This document shows, one piece after another, positions 62,842 to 64,000 of a stretch of 64,000 nucleotides of DNA (positions are counted from its first letter, which is position 1; each line of letters opens with the position of its first letter). Location: the NCBI GenBank assembly GCA_964016885.1, contig OZ024743.1:99262001-99326000 (forward strand), in the 5' to 3' direction. A program made the translations under genes and the position numbers. Source of the DNA: Eledone cirrhosa. Lineage: Eukaryota. A model generated the notes under the pieces. The model worked only from the letters and a program-made list of their open reading frames with translations. It did no database searches and had not been told where the DNA came from.

Positions 62842-64000
62842 TGTGTATAAGTTGCTTTATAAGTGTTATTTGTTTTTACTTGTTTGCTTTTGATAAGCTT
62901 GTGTAATAAAATAAATATATACTCTGTTGATTTAATTATATGAACTGATAAATTTTAAAAAAATGTGTTTTTTCTTGAAAAATATGAAAATTTCGAAATA
63001 TCAAATTCCTGACCACAAACCCAAACTTCTGATTGAATAATAGTGTTTTTTTTAATAATAATGAGATATAACAAACCATGAAATGACACTTAGAACTGGG
63101 GAACAAACAATATGTTACACAGTGTTATCAAATCTGGTTGAATGTTCACTGAGACAAAATATAGTGATATAGATGTTAGCTACTTCCACTTGACCTTTAG
63201 AGACAGCTTCCACTCAGTTGACTTTTGAATGAGAGTGGCCAGTCAGATTGTGACCTCTTCCCAGTTTTTATTCAGGTAAAGGTCTAAACTGGGCCAGTGG
63301 TTCAAGAACAGAAGTCATTATCTTACATGAACTTATTTGTTCAGGTGCCATGTTGCAAACCTACAAATGTATCCCAATTGATGCAGGTTCCCATTACCTC
63401 CCAGTATTGCTCTAAAATGATGCCATTGTAGACAGATAATATCAAATAATTTTTAGGTTTTCATACTGAATAAAAGAAATAATAGTATCAAAGCAGTTTG
63501 GTTCTGATTATGGCAATGTAATCATATTTATTGGCCTAGATATTAACATCAATATAGTTGTACATGCCAATACATCTGTCAATGGACAGGACAGGACGTT
63601 TGACAAAACAGAAGGGGAAAAAGATTCCCTATTTTATAAAATGTATGAAAACAGTTATATCATAATCATCATCATCATCTTCGTTTAACGTCCATTTTCC
63701 ACGCTAGCATATTTGTTGAAAAGCAATAGTTTCTGAAAGAAACCATGTATTCATAGGATATTCAATATCAAATTGTAATAAAAAAAAAAAAAGAACGTAT
63801 CTCAAAGAGGAGATGTTAGCTTTAGAATGAAGATGTCAGAATAGATTTAATAATATTTGATTCCACAACTCACACAAAGAAGAGTTCTGTTTAGAGACTT
63901 ACAGTGTCTGATACTTTTACACTTATCGTGATTTGTTTGGTGCTTTGTATAATATATCCACAGATATTCTCTGTGCAATTTTATCACAATTTACTTTTTC

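Larger units (their letters stand above)
60804..63124 (+). mobile_element. Chapaev-3 (CMC superfamily) DNA transposon, internally deleted
   Basis: Ends CACCATGTAACA.. and ..TGTTACACAGTG with TTA duplicated on both sides (60801-60803, 63125-63127); transposase remnant inside. Confidence 0.85.

Overview
AT-rich, repeat-dominated eukaryotic DNA. The SINE families, RTE LINEs and extreme (TA)n/(CA)n load are most consistent with a coleoid cephalopod, probably an octopus (inference). I see no intact multi-exon host gene. The only host-like unit is a minus-strand low-complexity ORF running off the left edge, behind a canonically spaced TATA/Inr pair; it may instead be a LINE ORF1. The rest is a transposon graveyard: RTE-BovB-type LINE fragments (with a PHD-like finger inside the RT), CR1 tails, a CRE-clade remnant, Penelope-like elements (PLEs) and their pseudo-LTRs, CORE-type and Meta-type tRNA SINEs, two TTAA piggyBac-like MITE families, a Chapaev-3 DNA transposon with a nested Helitron, a 20-bp minisatellite and many microsatellites. 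The most notable signal is a set of type I hammerhead ribozymes in PLE-like pseudo-LTR fragments. One family has three dispersed copies with covarying stems and palindromic stem III, and there are several other intact, half or decayed motifs. Also notable are spacer-less fold-back palindromes and RTE/SINE 3'-end exchange. Most long ORFs in the supplied track are microsatellite or antisense artefacts. Coordinates were read by eye, and element edges may be off by a few bases.
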